Assembly: GCA_016180645.1 (NCBI GenBank) | Contig: JACPAV010000018.1 | Coordinates: 1-64,000, forward strand | DNA from: Nitrospirota bacterium | Lineage (GTDB): Bacteria; JACPQY01 | Reading direction: 5' to 3' | DNA length: 64,000 bases | Shown here: piece after piece, positions 1-8,677 of the stretch | How positions within the stretch are numbered: position 1 is the first letter of the stretch | Layout: the number at the start of each line of letters is the position of its first letter | Made by a program: the position numbers and the translations under genes | Notes under the pieces: model-generated | Databases searched by the model: none | The model's input: only the letters and a program-made list of their open reading frames with translations | What the model was told of the DNA's origin: nothing

Positions 1-91
1 CTTCCCCAAGGAACACCTTGCGCCTCTGGTTCCCTCGGGCAATCACGTGATACAGGAGTCCCGGCGCAAGCGGACGGAGTTGGCGAGCCAC
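1..91 (-). CDS. N-terminus of a Y1 HUH transposase (IS200-like/RAYT family); runs off the window
   Basis: Manual translation from GTG at 91 gives VARQLRPLAPGLLYHVIARGNQRRKVFLGE, matching the typical MARxLR..PG..YHV..RGN.R..IF start. Confidence 0.8.
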   Translation of the reverse strand, partial: MARQLRPLAPGLLYHVIARGNQRRKVFLGE

Positions 92-152
92 GGCAGCCAA
101 CCTGCATGTTCATCCCCACATTGTCAAGATACAAATGTCTGACCCTATGGCC
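62..152. repeat. 91-bp direct repeat, copy 1 (transposase 5' end and flank)
   Basis: Matches 2011-2101 with 3 mismatches; ends in ...caaatgtctgaccctatggcc. Confidence 0.9.
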
Positions 153-307
153 TACAAGCCGCCTTGAAAAAGCTGGGGCGCCCCACCGAAGTCGTAGACG
201 CAATGATCGCCGCAACCGTCATGAGCCAGAGTGGTTTCCTAGTCACCCACAATGTTCGCGACTTTGAGCACATCGCGGGACTCGCACTCGAGGACTGGCT
301 CGGATGA
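152..307 (+). pseudogene. vapC: C-terminal half of a VapC/PIN toxin
   Basis: LQAALKKLGRPTEVVDAMIAATVMSQSGFLVTHNVRDFEHIAGLALEDWLG*. The N-terminal half is missing and the break is at the repeat. Confidence 0.75.
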
Positions 308-372
308 TAAGAGGTGCGGATTCAGCACGCGCAAGTTAGGCGGGTCGATCCGGGCATGATGGCGGAACTTGG

Positions 373-789
373 ATGACGAAGGCACTCTGGTTCAAGATCA
401 AAGATCTCACCCCCAGATTCATGAGAAGAGAACGATCACGGAAAGCCGTTCAAGGAGTCCGTGATAAGGTACCCGACCTCCGCGGCAGGATCCTTGTATT
501 GGACCTCCGGAATACTCAAAATCTATCAGGCTCCTTTCTTGATGAGCTACTCCTACGCCGGTGGGACATGCTGAACGAGGGGATTGCCGATCTCCAGTTC
601 GCCGCTTCATCGGAGGTGGCTACCCGGCTCAAGGCAGCAGCTCAGCTACGGCAGGTGGTAGTAACGATCCACGAAAACGGCCAAGTCCGACGGTTCGTAC
701 CGCAGCGGTCCACTCCTGCACAGCCGACACAGTCACTCCCAGTAGGCTCACTCACCAATCTTCCGCCCGAAGCTTTGGGCGGGGATTGA
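373..789 (+). CDS. STAS-like (DUF4325-type) domain protein
   Basis: ILVLDLRNTQNLSGSFLDEL resembles the STAS-like motif. Confidence 0.55.
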   Translation: MTKALWFKIKDLTPRFMRRERSRKAVQGVRDKVPDLRGRILVLDLRNTQNLSGSFLDELLLRRWDMLNEGIADLQFAASSEVATRLKAAAQLRQVVVTIHENGQVRRFVPQRSTPAQPTQSLPVGSLTNLPPEALGGD

Positions 790-887
790 ACTGCGTCCGA
801 GCGACGCATCCTCCTCCTGCGAGCGATCCTACGGCTGCGAGACGAGCGGAACGGGATGGGGAAGACCCACAGGAAATGGGTCGAAAG

Positions 888-1097
888 CTAAGGCTTGATT
901 CCGATCTCGCGTAGGAGGCGGAGGACCAAATCGACGTCTTTCGGCGCAGCCTTCTTCAAGAGCGATTGGGCCGTCTTCACCTTGTCCGCGTCGGTAAGAC
1001 TTGCCTCCTGGATTGCAAAGAATTCCCAGATCGGAACGCCGAGCGACGCAGCGGCGGAGATGAAGGCGACTTTCTTCAAGTGCGGCCTCACGGTCAC
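888..1097 (-). pseudogene. Probable XRE regulator remnant (C-terminal part only)
   Basis: AASLGVPIWEFF...LLKKAAPKDVDLVLRLL resembles the C-termini of the XRE proteins at 4121 and 10049; no intact HTH. Confidence 0.35.
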
Positions 1098-1438
1098 GCA
1101 TTGGGCCGTGGGGACGATCCTGTGAATTTCCCTCCAGATTCTCTCCGAAAGGCCCGTTCGGCGGTTGCAGACATGAATCTGTTTTCGGTCATCCCGGTAG
1201 TCGCAAGGTCGAGCTGAGCTGGTTCAGAATCAGTGCAAGGACATACGCTCCGTGATGCTTCGAGGAGCCAAGGACTGAGAAATGGCCGCGAACGTGGCCC
1301 ACAGGCCGGGAGAGCCGCGAATTCCGACTTCCTTCTGATTTCGCCCCTATTCTGCTGGCTCTGGCGGGGGGGTCTCCGCAGGCTACAATAGAATCCATCG
1401 CCTTGACCACGCAGGTCTGTGGATAGATAATCGGAAAT

Positions 1439-1636
1439 GTGAGCACCGATGTTGCCGATCTCGTGAAGAGAATCCGCACGTTGCCGATCGAAAAGCGGAG
1501 GGAATTCCTCCAGGTACTCCCAACCGCGCTGGGTCTCACATCCGAAGACCTCGGGTGGCTGAAGGCGACGGAGACGGCGTTCGGATTCTGGGAGAACCCG
1601 GAAGACGAGGTCTACGATCATCTACAAGTCCGGTGA
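1439..1636 (+). CDS. Putative antitoxin upstream of MazF-like toxin
   Basis: 65 aa with acidic FWENPEDEVYD tail; overlaps the toxin start. Confidence 0.65.
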   Translation: MSTDVADLVKRIRTLPIEKRREFLQVLPTALGLTSEDLGWLKATETAFGFWENPEDEVYDHLQVR

Positions 1637-1961
1637 CGTCGTCCTCGTCCCATTTCCTTTCACCGACCTGACGACGACCAAACAACGGCCGGGAGTTGTC
1701 ATGGGTACCCAGGAACAAGACCTCCTCGTGGCCGCCATCACTTCCCGTATCCCCTCAGATCTACTGCCGACCGACCTACAGGTGTCTGCTGAGGAACAGC
1801 GCGGTGCAGGCTTACCCAAAAGATCAATTGTCAAGGTCACGAAGATTTTCACTCTCCACGAGCGGCTCGTTCGCGGACGGTTGGGTGCGTTCCCGGCGCC
1901 GTTCGTGAAACAAATCGTCGCGGCTCTGTCGTCATTTCTACAGCGGCAACATCCAGGATAG
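1614..1961 (+). CDS. mazF: PemK/MazF-family toxin with no canonical start codon (ACG at 1614)
   Basis: The frame upstream of ORF 1701 reads IIYKSGDVVLVPFPFTDLTTTKQRPGVV, then LLVAAITS...GLPKRSIVKVTKIFTL. Confidence 0.8.
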   Translation, partial: TIIYKSGDVVLVPFPFTDLTTTKQRPGVVMGTQEQDLLVAAITSRIPSDLLPTDLQVSAEEQRGAGLPKRSIVKVTKIFTLHERLVRGRLGAFPAPFVKQIVAALSSFLQRQHPG

Positions 1962-2010
1962 GCTTCTTATGGGCCGGTGAACGAATGCAAGACCTGGCCC
2001 CACAATTGCG

Positions 2011-2101
2011 CGGCGCAAGCGGACGGAGTTGTCGAGCCACGGCAGCCACCCTGTATGTTCATCCCCACATTGTCAAGATACAAATGTCTGACCCTATGGC
2101 C
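2011..2101. repeat. 91-bp direct repeat, copy 2 (truncated transposase end)
   Basis: Near-identical to 62-152; the minus strand encodes only VARQLRPLAP before diverging. Confidence 0.9.
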
Positions 2102-2413
2102 CAGCATACCCATTACCTTCGATCGTTCGGCAAGGTGGCACCCCGCCTTCAGGGGCCTCCCATCGCCCCTTGCGCTTCGCTCCAGGGACGATGAGCGGCA
2201 GGGCTATGGGGTCTCTGCATCGTGGTCGGCACGGAGGGCGGGGTACCGTCCCCTCCGCTTCGCTGCACGGACGGCGATCAGAATCTCATGGGAACCGGAC
2301 GCCGCACTATCCATGGCTGGTGTTGAGAACTGCCATATGCGTCAGAATGGCTTCGCAAGACAGGCAGCGATGGGCGGGCTGAGAAGGCAGATCTTCGGTG
2401 GGAGACTTGCATG

Positions 2414-2430
2414 AGCGGGCGATGGGAATT
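2414..2430 (-). repeat. 17-bp duplicate of the tRNA-Gly 3' end (relic att)
   Basis: agcgggcgatgggaatt is identical to 2525-2541. Confidence 0.7.
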
Positions 2431-2524
2431 CACGATCGTCGTCGTGACGCTCCGTGCTTTCCTGTGGAAGTCGGGCTCCTGCCCTCCACCCAGATTACCC
2501 TCTACCGCTGCGAAGACTTGCGTC

Positions 2525-2596
2525 AGCGGGCGATGGGAATTGAACCCACGACCCTCTGCTTGGGAAGCAGATGCTCTGCCCCTGAGCTACACCCGC
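2525..2596 (-). tRNA. tRNA-Gly(CCC), CCA not encoded
   Basis: Reverse complement GCGGGTGTAGCTCAGGGGCAGAGCATCTGCTTCCCAAGCAGAGGGTCGTGGGTTCAATTCCCATCGCCCGCT folds as a cloverleaf with anticodon loop TTCCCAA. Confidence 0.97.
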
Positions 2597-2597
2597 G

Positions 2598-3974
2598 TTA
2601 CTGAGTCAGTTCGGGATGATACGTTGAATCGCCGGCGGAGTCAATTTTTGGTGGGACACTTTTTGGGTCACTTTTGCCCGCCACACTCCCGCCAGACCGC
2701 GGGTGATCGGGTCTTGTCCCGCTCGGTAGCAGCGCAAAATCGCTTGGGGTGAGCCCGGCGGCTCCCAGCCCTGCGGAAATTGCTTCTGCCTTGGCCGCTA
2801 CTGCCGCAGCGACGGGCTTCGGATATCGCATGGCCATCTCAGGCGACTTCCAACCGATGAAATCTTGGAGATCCTTCGTCGTCGTTCCCGCCTCGTTTAG
2901 CCAAGACGATACGGCGTGCCGGAGATCATGTAAGCGAAGATCCTCGGTGCGGACAAGCCCCTTCTTGTAGAGGCTCCGGACCGCCCTCATGAATGCGTGG
3001 CTCACGTATCCCGCCGAGACCGGGAAAACTCTCGGCTCACCCGCGATGACCGGTTGGACTCTAAGGCAATCCACCGCCATGCCAACGAGTGGATACCACC
3101 CCGGTCGGCCGCGCTTCTCGGGACGGCAGAAGTACTCCTTCTTTTCGAGTCGCACGTGGACCCTTTCCAGGCGAACCGCCTCCCCTACCCTCCTGCCTGT
3201 GCAGGCCATGAAGACAAGAACCGGACGCACGATAGCGGGACACTCCCGGAGAATGAGTACAAACATGCCAAACGTCATGCTGACCATGGAGCGATCTTCC
3301 GTTCCTTGTCGGGCAATACCATAGTGGAACGGGTTTTCTTGGACCTCAATCCTCAATCGCTTTTTTTCCACGTAGTTGAATGCCGCCGCCAGGGTCGTGC
3401 GTCGATGGTTCACCGTCCATGGCGACAACCCCGCCTTCCTCCACCCATCGAGAACCTCGGTAATCCTTCCGATCAGTCGCGCAATCCCCTTCTTGTCCAG
3501 CCCCGTGACCCTCTCGCTTCCAAGCTTCTCATTCCAGTGCTTCGCGTCGTTCTTGATGTCCGCAATCGATTCCCGCGATTGCCTTGAGTCCACGTAGAGT
3601 TTGAGGATGTCCCCGACCGACAGGATCTCATCCCCTCCTACGATCGAGCTCGCAAGCGAGCGAAGATCGTTCGGGAGCGGCGCCCCGACCCTTCGCCACT
3701 TCCTGAGTGCCTTGAAGAGTCGTTCGCCGGTCTCACCATCCGGTACCGGGAATTTGCGCATCTTTCCGCCAAAGCGGATTCGAGTGTACAACCGACCGTT
3801 CTGGGAAATCACTCCACGCACCTTTTTCCGAGAATGCCGCACCCCTCTACGGGCCACCGGATCTTGCACGGGTACCGGGGCAGGATTGCCTCCGGGAGGC
3901 ACGCCATGTTCTGCCTGAAGCGCCTCCATTGTCGGCGGCTGCTCCTGAAGTGAAAATGCTTCGACGCCGGCCAT
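2598..3974 (-). CDS. int: Tyrosine recombinase/integrase
   Basis: TGRRVGEA, LRLHDLRH and GWKSPEMAMRY motifs. RBS before ATG 3974; the ATG at 4058 lies inside a -10 box. Confidence 0.92.
   Translation of the reverse strand: MAGVEAFSLQEQPPTMEALQAEHGVPPGGNPAPVPVQDPVARRGVRHSRKKVRGVISQNGRLYTRIRFGGKMRKFPVPDGETGERLFKALRKWRRVGAPLPNDLRSLASSIVGGDEILSVGDILKLYVDSRQSRESIADIKNDAKHWNEKLGSERVTGLDKKGIARLIGRITEVLDGWRKAGLSPWTVNHRRTTLAAAFNYVEKKRLRIEVQENPFHYGIARQGTEDRSMVSMTFGMFVLILRECPAIVRPVLVFMACTGRRVGEAVRLERVHVRLEKKEYFCRPEKRGRPGWYPLVGMAVDCLRVQPVIAGEPRVFPVSAGYVSHAFMRAVRSLYKKGLVRTEDLRLHDLRHAVSSWLNEAGTTTKDLQDFIGWKSPEMAMRYPKPVAAAVAAKAEAISAGLGAAGLTPSDFALLPSGTRPDHPRSGGSVAGKSDPKSVPPKIDSAGDSTYHPELTQ
2616..2644 (-). 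promoter_or_regulatory. Sigma70-type promoter for the tRNA, carried by element 1
   Basis: TTGACT-N17-TATCAT, 19 nt upstream of the tRNA 5' end. Confidence 0.75.
2653..2676. repeat. Putative integrase arm-binding repeats, element 1 left end
   Basis: gggacactttttgggtcacttttg; matches 36467-36490 with 1 mismatch. Confidence 0.8.
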
Positions 3975-4056
3975 TCCTACCTCTCCTATCGACCTAGACA
4001 GCCCTCGCCACTTGGTTTCCACTCTGTTAGGATCTGAACTTGTGTCCACAGACAGC

Positions 4057-4084
4057 ATGATACGCGCCTATACTTTTACGTCAA
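4057..4084 (-). promoter_or_regulatory. Candidate integrase promoter
   Basis: TTGACG-N16-TATCAT. Confidence 0.5.
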
Positions 4085-4120
4085 GTGAATCGCGGTACAG
4101 GTCTAGTACGGTGGACTCAC

Positions 4121-4522
4121 ATGGCTGACACCGACGAACCCGACATCAAGGCAGAAATCGGACGCAACCTGCGCGAACTCCGAGAGGAGCGCGGCCTGAC
4201 CCAACAGGCGCTTGCGAAGGAGGCCGACTTGGCCGATGAGACGGTCTCCCGCATCGAGCGGGGGCATTTGAACCCCTCCGCAGAGGTGCTGGGGAGGTTG
4301 GCGAACGCCCTCAAGGTGGCCGCGCAGAGACTCCTCCTGATGCCTTCTGCAGAGGAAAAGGCCCAAAAGGAACTTCTCATCCAGGACATTGCCGCCCGCC
4401 TCAAGAAGGCCTCCGTGGACGACATCCAGTTCTACCGCGAGCTTCTATACCGGCTCACCCGCCACCGGGGAATCCTCAAGGAATCGATCCCGGTCGAGCG
4501 GAAATCCAAGGACCGGACCTAG
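4121..4522 (+). CDS. XRE-family HTH regulator, divergent from int
   Basis: LRELREERGLTQQALAKEADLADETVSRIERG. Confidence 0.9.
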   Translation: MADTDEPDIKAEIGRNLRELREERGLTQQALAKEADLADETVSRIERGHLNPSAEVLGRLANALKVAAQRLLLMPSAEEKAQKELLIQDIAARLKKASVDDIQFYRELLYRLTRHRGILKESIPVERKSKDRT

Positions 4523-4577
4523 CGGCCCTCGATCTCCTAGAAGCCCTCTTTCCACCTTCAGTTTGGGAGCCCTATCT

Positions 4578-4650
4578 GTAGGATGGGGCGTTCATCCTAC
4601 TTGTTGTACGAGTCATACTAGTTGACTTATATATCATTACCTGCCAGACT
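4578..4650 (+). promoter_or_regulatory. Promoter/operator region of the SLOG operon
   Basis: 8-bp inverted repeat gtaggatg/catcctac; AGTCA-N7-TGACT dyad overlapping TTGACT-N17-CAGACT. Confidence 0.5.
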
Positions 4651-4682
4651 GTCCGCGGTTGAATGGTCATGGGGGTATTCGC

Positions 4683-5159
4683 ATGAAAGTCGCCTTCACG
4701 GGTAGAAGAGATGCCGGCCCGGGGGTGCGGGAGGTCATCGGAAAAATCGTTGCCGAGGAAATCTCCCTCCACGCTCCCGTGGAACTCCTGTTCGGCGGTG
4801 CGTCCGGCGCCGATACCATTGCCCTCGATGAAGCGGCGAAGGTGATCGCCGAGCTCCCTTCGGAAAAGCGCACGCGCCTTGTGGTCATCCTGCCCGGTCG
4901 TCTGCCGGACCAGCCCCATGATGCCAGGGCGGTCATCGAGCAGCATGCCGATGAGATCCATCAACTGAAGCTCCGGCCCTGTTTTCCATCGAGCTATCGC
5001 AAGCGAAATCAAGTTCTGGTGGACCGATCAGATCGCGTGGTGGCTTTCTGGGACGGGCGAGAGAAGGGAGGCACCCACATGACGATGGCCCTAGCCAGGA
5101 AGATGGGACGGGACCTGCGCGTGGTGAGGATCGACCGAGTCGAGGAGTCGGACCGATGA
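4683..5159 (+). CDS. SLOG-superfamily (YspA/DprA-like) nucleotide-binding protein
   Basis: VAFTGRR, GGASGAD, RNQVLVDRSDRVVAFWDG..GGT. Confidence 0.85.
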   Translation: MKVAFTGRRDAGPGVREVIGKIVAEEISLHAPVELLFGGASGADTIALDEAAKVIAELPSEKRTRLVVILPGRLPDQPHDARAVIEQHADEIHQLKLRPCFPSSYRKRNQVLVDRSDRVVAFWDGREKGGTHMTMALARKMGRDLRVVRIDRVEESDR

Positions 5160-5515
5160 TCGCTGGAGTGTTCCGATTCGTCTTGGAGGACCTCGTGGTC
5201 TCGGTCTACCTCTCCGACGCCGAAACGAATGTGTCTCGATCCGTGGCCGCAGCGGTTCACGCCCGAGGCGAGGTGGAGGGAATCAAGCTGGAGTACGACT
5301 ACCTGGTGCCTATGGGTTTGGCCGGGCAGGGAACCGGCCTCGTGCACCTCTGGAATCCCTTCGAGGTCCCGGGGTTCGTGTCCATCGCCGGCCGATACGA
5401 AATCGAAGTGGCTCCACATCATCGCGTGCTGATCGCAGCCCGCGCCGAAAGCAAGGTCAGACTCCGGAGTGAGCGCCAAACTGCCGCAACCGCAAGTGAG
5501 GAGGAACACTCATGA
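5156..5515 (+). CDS. Hypothetical protein
   Basis: ATGA-coupled to both neighbours. Confidence 0.6.
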   Translation: MIAGVFRFVLEDLVVSVYLSDAETNVSRSVAAAVHARGEVEGIKLEYDYLVPMGLAGQGTGLVHLWNPFEVPGFVSIAGRYEIEVAPHHRVLIAARAESKVRLRSERQTAATASEEEHS

Positions 5516-6390
5516 AGGTTTTCCTGGACGATCAACGACCCGCACCGGAGGGCTGGACTCTGGTCAAGACGGCCAAGGAGGCCATCGCGCTCCTCGAAGC
5601 CGGACAGGTTGAGGAGATCAGCCTCGATCATGACCTGGGGGACGTGGAGGAAGACACGGGGTACGACGTGCTCGTCTGGATCGAGGAAGGCGTCGAGTGG
5701 CGCGACTTCGTCCCACCGTCGATGAAGGTCCACTCCGCCAACCCTCCCGCGGCCGAGCGTATGGAACAAGCCATCCGCGCCATCGAACGGCGTGCCGCCC
5801 ACACTCGCGAATTCCCCACACGCGAGGACTGGAAACGGTTCCTGAAGGAGTCCGAAAAGAAGTCCCAGGAAGACTGGCAGAAAGAGATCGCCGAAATTCC
5901 GGAGGAGAAGAGGTTCGAGCATGCGCTGGGGAGCGGCGACAAGGAGGTTCATCGACCGGCGGTCCAGTACCTCCTACGTCGTCTGAAAGACGCCCTCCCC
6001 GATCTGGAACATGTACTGGAAAGCGTGGACGACCACTGGGCCTCCGAAGACGGCGTCTATCGCTTCTACCATCAGTCGTACAAGGTCTTCTATCTGAACA
6101 ACTCGACAAGCAAGATCATGAATGCCCTGCGGGCGATCCTCCCTCACCAGCCCCTGAACAAATGGCTCCAGACCATCGTGGCGGACGCGATGTCGAGGGA
6201 TTGGGATCGTGAGCGGAGCGGCTACATCAACGACAGCTGGCTCAACTACACAAGGCCGGTCGTCGAGGCGTTCTTTCACGCCCGTTACTTCCTCGGGATG
6301 TGCGTCAAGTACGCGAAGGAACTGCCCCACGCCCCTCGCACCATGCCGAGCGGGTGGGCCGCCGTGCTCTACCTCTACGATCTGCGGTGA
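5512..6390 (+). CDS. Cyclic-phosphate-processing receiver (cREC) domain fused to an unknown helical domain
   Basis: VFLDDQRPAPEGW, ISLDHDLG, TGYDVLVWIEE, VHSANP. Confidence 0.8.
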   Translation: MKVFLDDQRPAPEGWTLVKTAKEAIALLEAGQVEEISLDHDLGDVEEDTGYDVLVWIEEGVEWRDFVPPSMKVHSANPPAAERMEQAIRAIERRAAHTREFPTREDWKRFLKESEKKSQEDWQKEIAEIPEEKRFEHALGSGDKEVHRPAVQYLLRRLKDALPDLEHVLESVDDHWASEDGVYRFYHQSYKVFYLNNSTSKIMNALRAILPHQPLNKWLQTIVADAMSRDWDRERSGYINDSWLNYTRPVVEAFFHARYFLGMCVKYAKELPHAPRTMPSGWAAVLYLYDLR

Positions 6391-6407
6391 CGAGGGGATG
6401 ATCGCGG

Positions 6408-7340
6408 ATGTTTTCCAGAAAGAATCGGAAGCGCGCCGCATCCCTGGACCAGTTCGTCCGAATGCTTTATCGCAGTCCCAAGCCGAACCTGACTCTGGAG
6501 GAGGCGCTGACGCAGATCGGACCGGGATGGCATCCCATCCTCAACGACCTGTGGCCGAGACTGGAAGGCGCCCAGATCGTGCAGGTGAAGGAGAAATTCG
6601 GCGGGCTGAGGGTCTATTGCCTCAAAGACGGCAAACGGGAGGGACACCACGAGGAACTCCTGAACAGTCTTCGGGAGGCGGAGGGAAGAAGCTACAGGAC
6701 CTGCGAGGTCTGCGGTGAACCGGGGAGCCTTATTGCCAAACCCCGGCAGTGGAACCGGACGCGTTGCGCGGCACACCGGGATGTCCCCGCGCCTGACTCG
6801 ATGAGAGATCCGCAATACCAGCGAGCCTGGATCAGCGTTCTCATACAATCCCGACAGCACCTCCTGATCGGGACTTCGGCCGTCAAACGGTACCTCACAA
6901 CCGTGCAAGGCGAGACCGAACTCGACTTCCTCGTGAGAGAGCTCTTCACGCTGGAGATTCCCGCTTTCTTGAGCCACTGGAGCGCCGAACACCGTCGGAA
7001 CGGAGACGCGATCATCGTCCCCGCATGGGGGATGGACTTCATCAACGCGGAAGCGAGTCCCACGCTTCTGCGCATCTTCGACAAGGAGGCCACCTTCGGC
7101 CGCTACGCGACGGCGTCCTTGGAGGCGCTTGCCGCCACCAAGTTTCCGGCGGCGATCAGTCCCAGCCGGTCCATGGAGAAGAGAAGGAGGGACGTGGAGG
7201 AACTCGCCGGGCTGGTACGATTGGCGGGTTTCAGCAGAAGAAGAGCCCTTGCCGTTCTCAAGGACGAACACCGGGACATTCGGAAGCGGGCGCGTGATAT
7301 CTTCGATGCGCTCAAGAAAGGACGCGGGGTGGAGTTGTGA
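6408..7340 (+). CDS. Phage-associated KEKFGGLR/CxxC hypothetical protein with a C-terminal extension
   Basis: GPGWHPIL...QVKEKFGGLRVY...TCEVCGEPG. Confidence 0.6.
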   Translation: MFSRKNRKRAASLDQFVRMLYRSPKPNLTLEEALTQIGPGWHPILNDLWPRLEGAQIVQVKEKFGGLRVYCLKDGKREGHHEELLNSLREAEGRSYRTCEVCGEPGSLIAKPRQWNRTRCAAHRDVPAPDSMRDPQYQRAWISVLIQSRQHLLIGTSAVKRYLTTVQGETELDFLVRELFTLEIPAFLSHWSAEHRRNGDAIIVPAWGMDFINAEASPTLLRIFDKEATFGRYATASLEALAATKFPAAISPSRSMEKRRRDVEELAGLVRLAGFSRRRALAVLKDEHRDIRKRARDIFDALKKGRGVEL

Positions 7341-7852
7341 AGGTAATTCTGGGCGCTTGGACGAGGAGAGACTTCTTTCGCAGGATGATTGGAGGTCTTG
7401 CCGCTGGGGTGGGTGTGAGCCTAATCGACAGGCTTGGCGCAGGCATTTGTCCTGCGGGGGACCCGAGTGGAGAGCGGATGCTCCCTTCCGATCGACCGGG
7501 GCGGCCCGATGTCATCGTCGCCACCGATTTCGACACGGATCCCGCTATCGCCGTGGGTCTGGTGTACGTCCCGCATGAAATGGAGGCGCCGGTGATCACC
7601 GGCGCTTACAGGGGTCCTTTTGCCGAAACGTGTATTTACCGGGCCGTCATGAATGACGTGCCGCTGTACCTGGATTTTGACCATTGTCTTCCTGAAGCAC
7701 TGGCCAAGGCAGCACGGTCATCGAGTGTGGTTCCCCGCGAGTTGTACTGGGCCGTCTCCTCCGCCTACGTGTACGCTCTCAAGAAGAACCCAACGAGAAA
7801 CGAGCGGCTGGTGAGGTTCCGGGTTGAGGTGCTGGAAGTTGCGAATGCGTAA
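7337..7852 (+). CDS. Twin-arginine-like leader plus FlhB/YscU cytoplasmic-domain-like protein
   Basis: TRRDFF plus hydrophobic stretch; DVIV..AVGLVY...MEAPVI...VPL...VPRELYWAV...YVY parallels FlhB-C. Confidence 0.55.
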   Translation: MKVILGAWTRRDFFRRMIGGLAAGVGVSLIDRLGAGICPAGDPSGERMLPSDRPGRPDVIVATDFDTDPAIAVGLVYVPHEMEAPVITGAYRGPFAETCIYRAVMNDVPLYLDFDHCLPEALAKAARSSSVVPRELYWAVSSAYVYALKKNPTRNERLVRFRVEVLEVANA

Positions 7853-8087
7853 CAAGGAGCCCAAGGGCAGGAAGACCCGCGCTTTCCCCGTGATCATCGA
7901 GCGGGATGCGAACGGCTACTACGTCGGGATCATCCCGGATCTCAACGGTTGTCACACGCAGGCGCCATCGTTCATGGCCCTGGAATCCCGGCTGAAGGAC
8001 GTCATTGCCCTCTGCCTGAGGATGGAGGGGCGCAAGTCCCCGCGCAGCCGGTTCGTCGGCGTCCACATGATCGAGGTGAAGGCGTGA
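7845..8087 (+). CDS. hicB: HicB-family antitoxin
   Basis: FPVIIERDANGYYVGIIPDLNGCHTQA...IALCL. Confidence 0.85.
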   Translation: MRNKEPKGRKTRAFPVIIERDANGYYVGIIPDLNGCHTQAPSFMALESRLKDVIALCLRMEGRKSPRSRFVGVHMIEVKA

Positions 8088-8296
8088 GGAGGCTGCCCGA
8101 CCTTGCTCGCGACCTTCCGGAATCCGTGAGCCGTTCCATCGGATTCGCGACGATTCGTCGGGAGGCAGGCCACAAGTATTTCCGGCATCCCGATGGCCGG
8201 GCCTCGGTCGTCGCACCGCCGAAAAATGGGGAACATATGGCGAGGGGGTTGCTTCGTGCAATCCTGAAAAGTCCGGAGCAAGAAAGACGAAAATAA
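8084..8296 (+). CDS. hicA: HicA-family toxin, divergent
   Basis: GFATIRREAGHKYFRHPDGRASVV...RGLLRAILK; GTGA overlap with hicB. Confidence 0.7.
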   Translation: MRRLPDLARDLPESVSRSIGFATIRREAGHKYFRHPDGRASVVAPPKNGEHMARGLLRAILKSPEQERRK

Positions 8297-8677
8297 ATGG
8301 GAGGGAAGCCTGGGCCTCGACTGCCGGGTGGCCGGAACAACAGACCTGCAACCATAGAAGCCCGATCACGGGAGCCATTTTCGGTTCGGCCTGCGGATCG
8401 TCCGCATCCTTTGCGTAGGCATATCTCAGCACCGATGGAGACACCTCCACGCCAATCTGCGGCTTCAGGGGGTCCTCGACGCCAGGCTGTTCAGGCGCAG
8501 GCATCGCACTCCGTCGACTTCGATAGACTTTACGACATTCTCGACCACATGGCGGATTGGCTGATGCGGGAGGATCTCAGGGCCCACCGGCGGAATCAAC
8601 TGGAGGATGAGGTCCTAGACGGACTGGACATGCTCCAATCGCTCCGCCGTCCGCAACCGGGAAGGAAAAGAGCGTGA
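8297..8677 (+). CDS. Hypothetical protein
   Basis: Fills the operon; coupled to the downstream gene. Confidence 0.45.
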   Translation: MGGKPGPRLPGGRNNRPATIEARSREPFSVRPADRPHPLRRHISAPMETPPRQSAASGGPRRQAVQAQASHSVDFDRLYDILDHMADWLMREDLRAHRRNQLEDEVLDGLDMLQSLRRPQPGRKRA

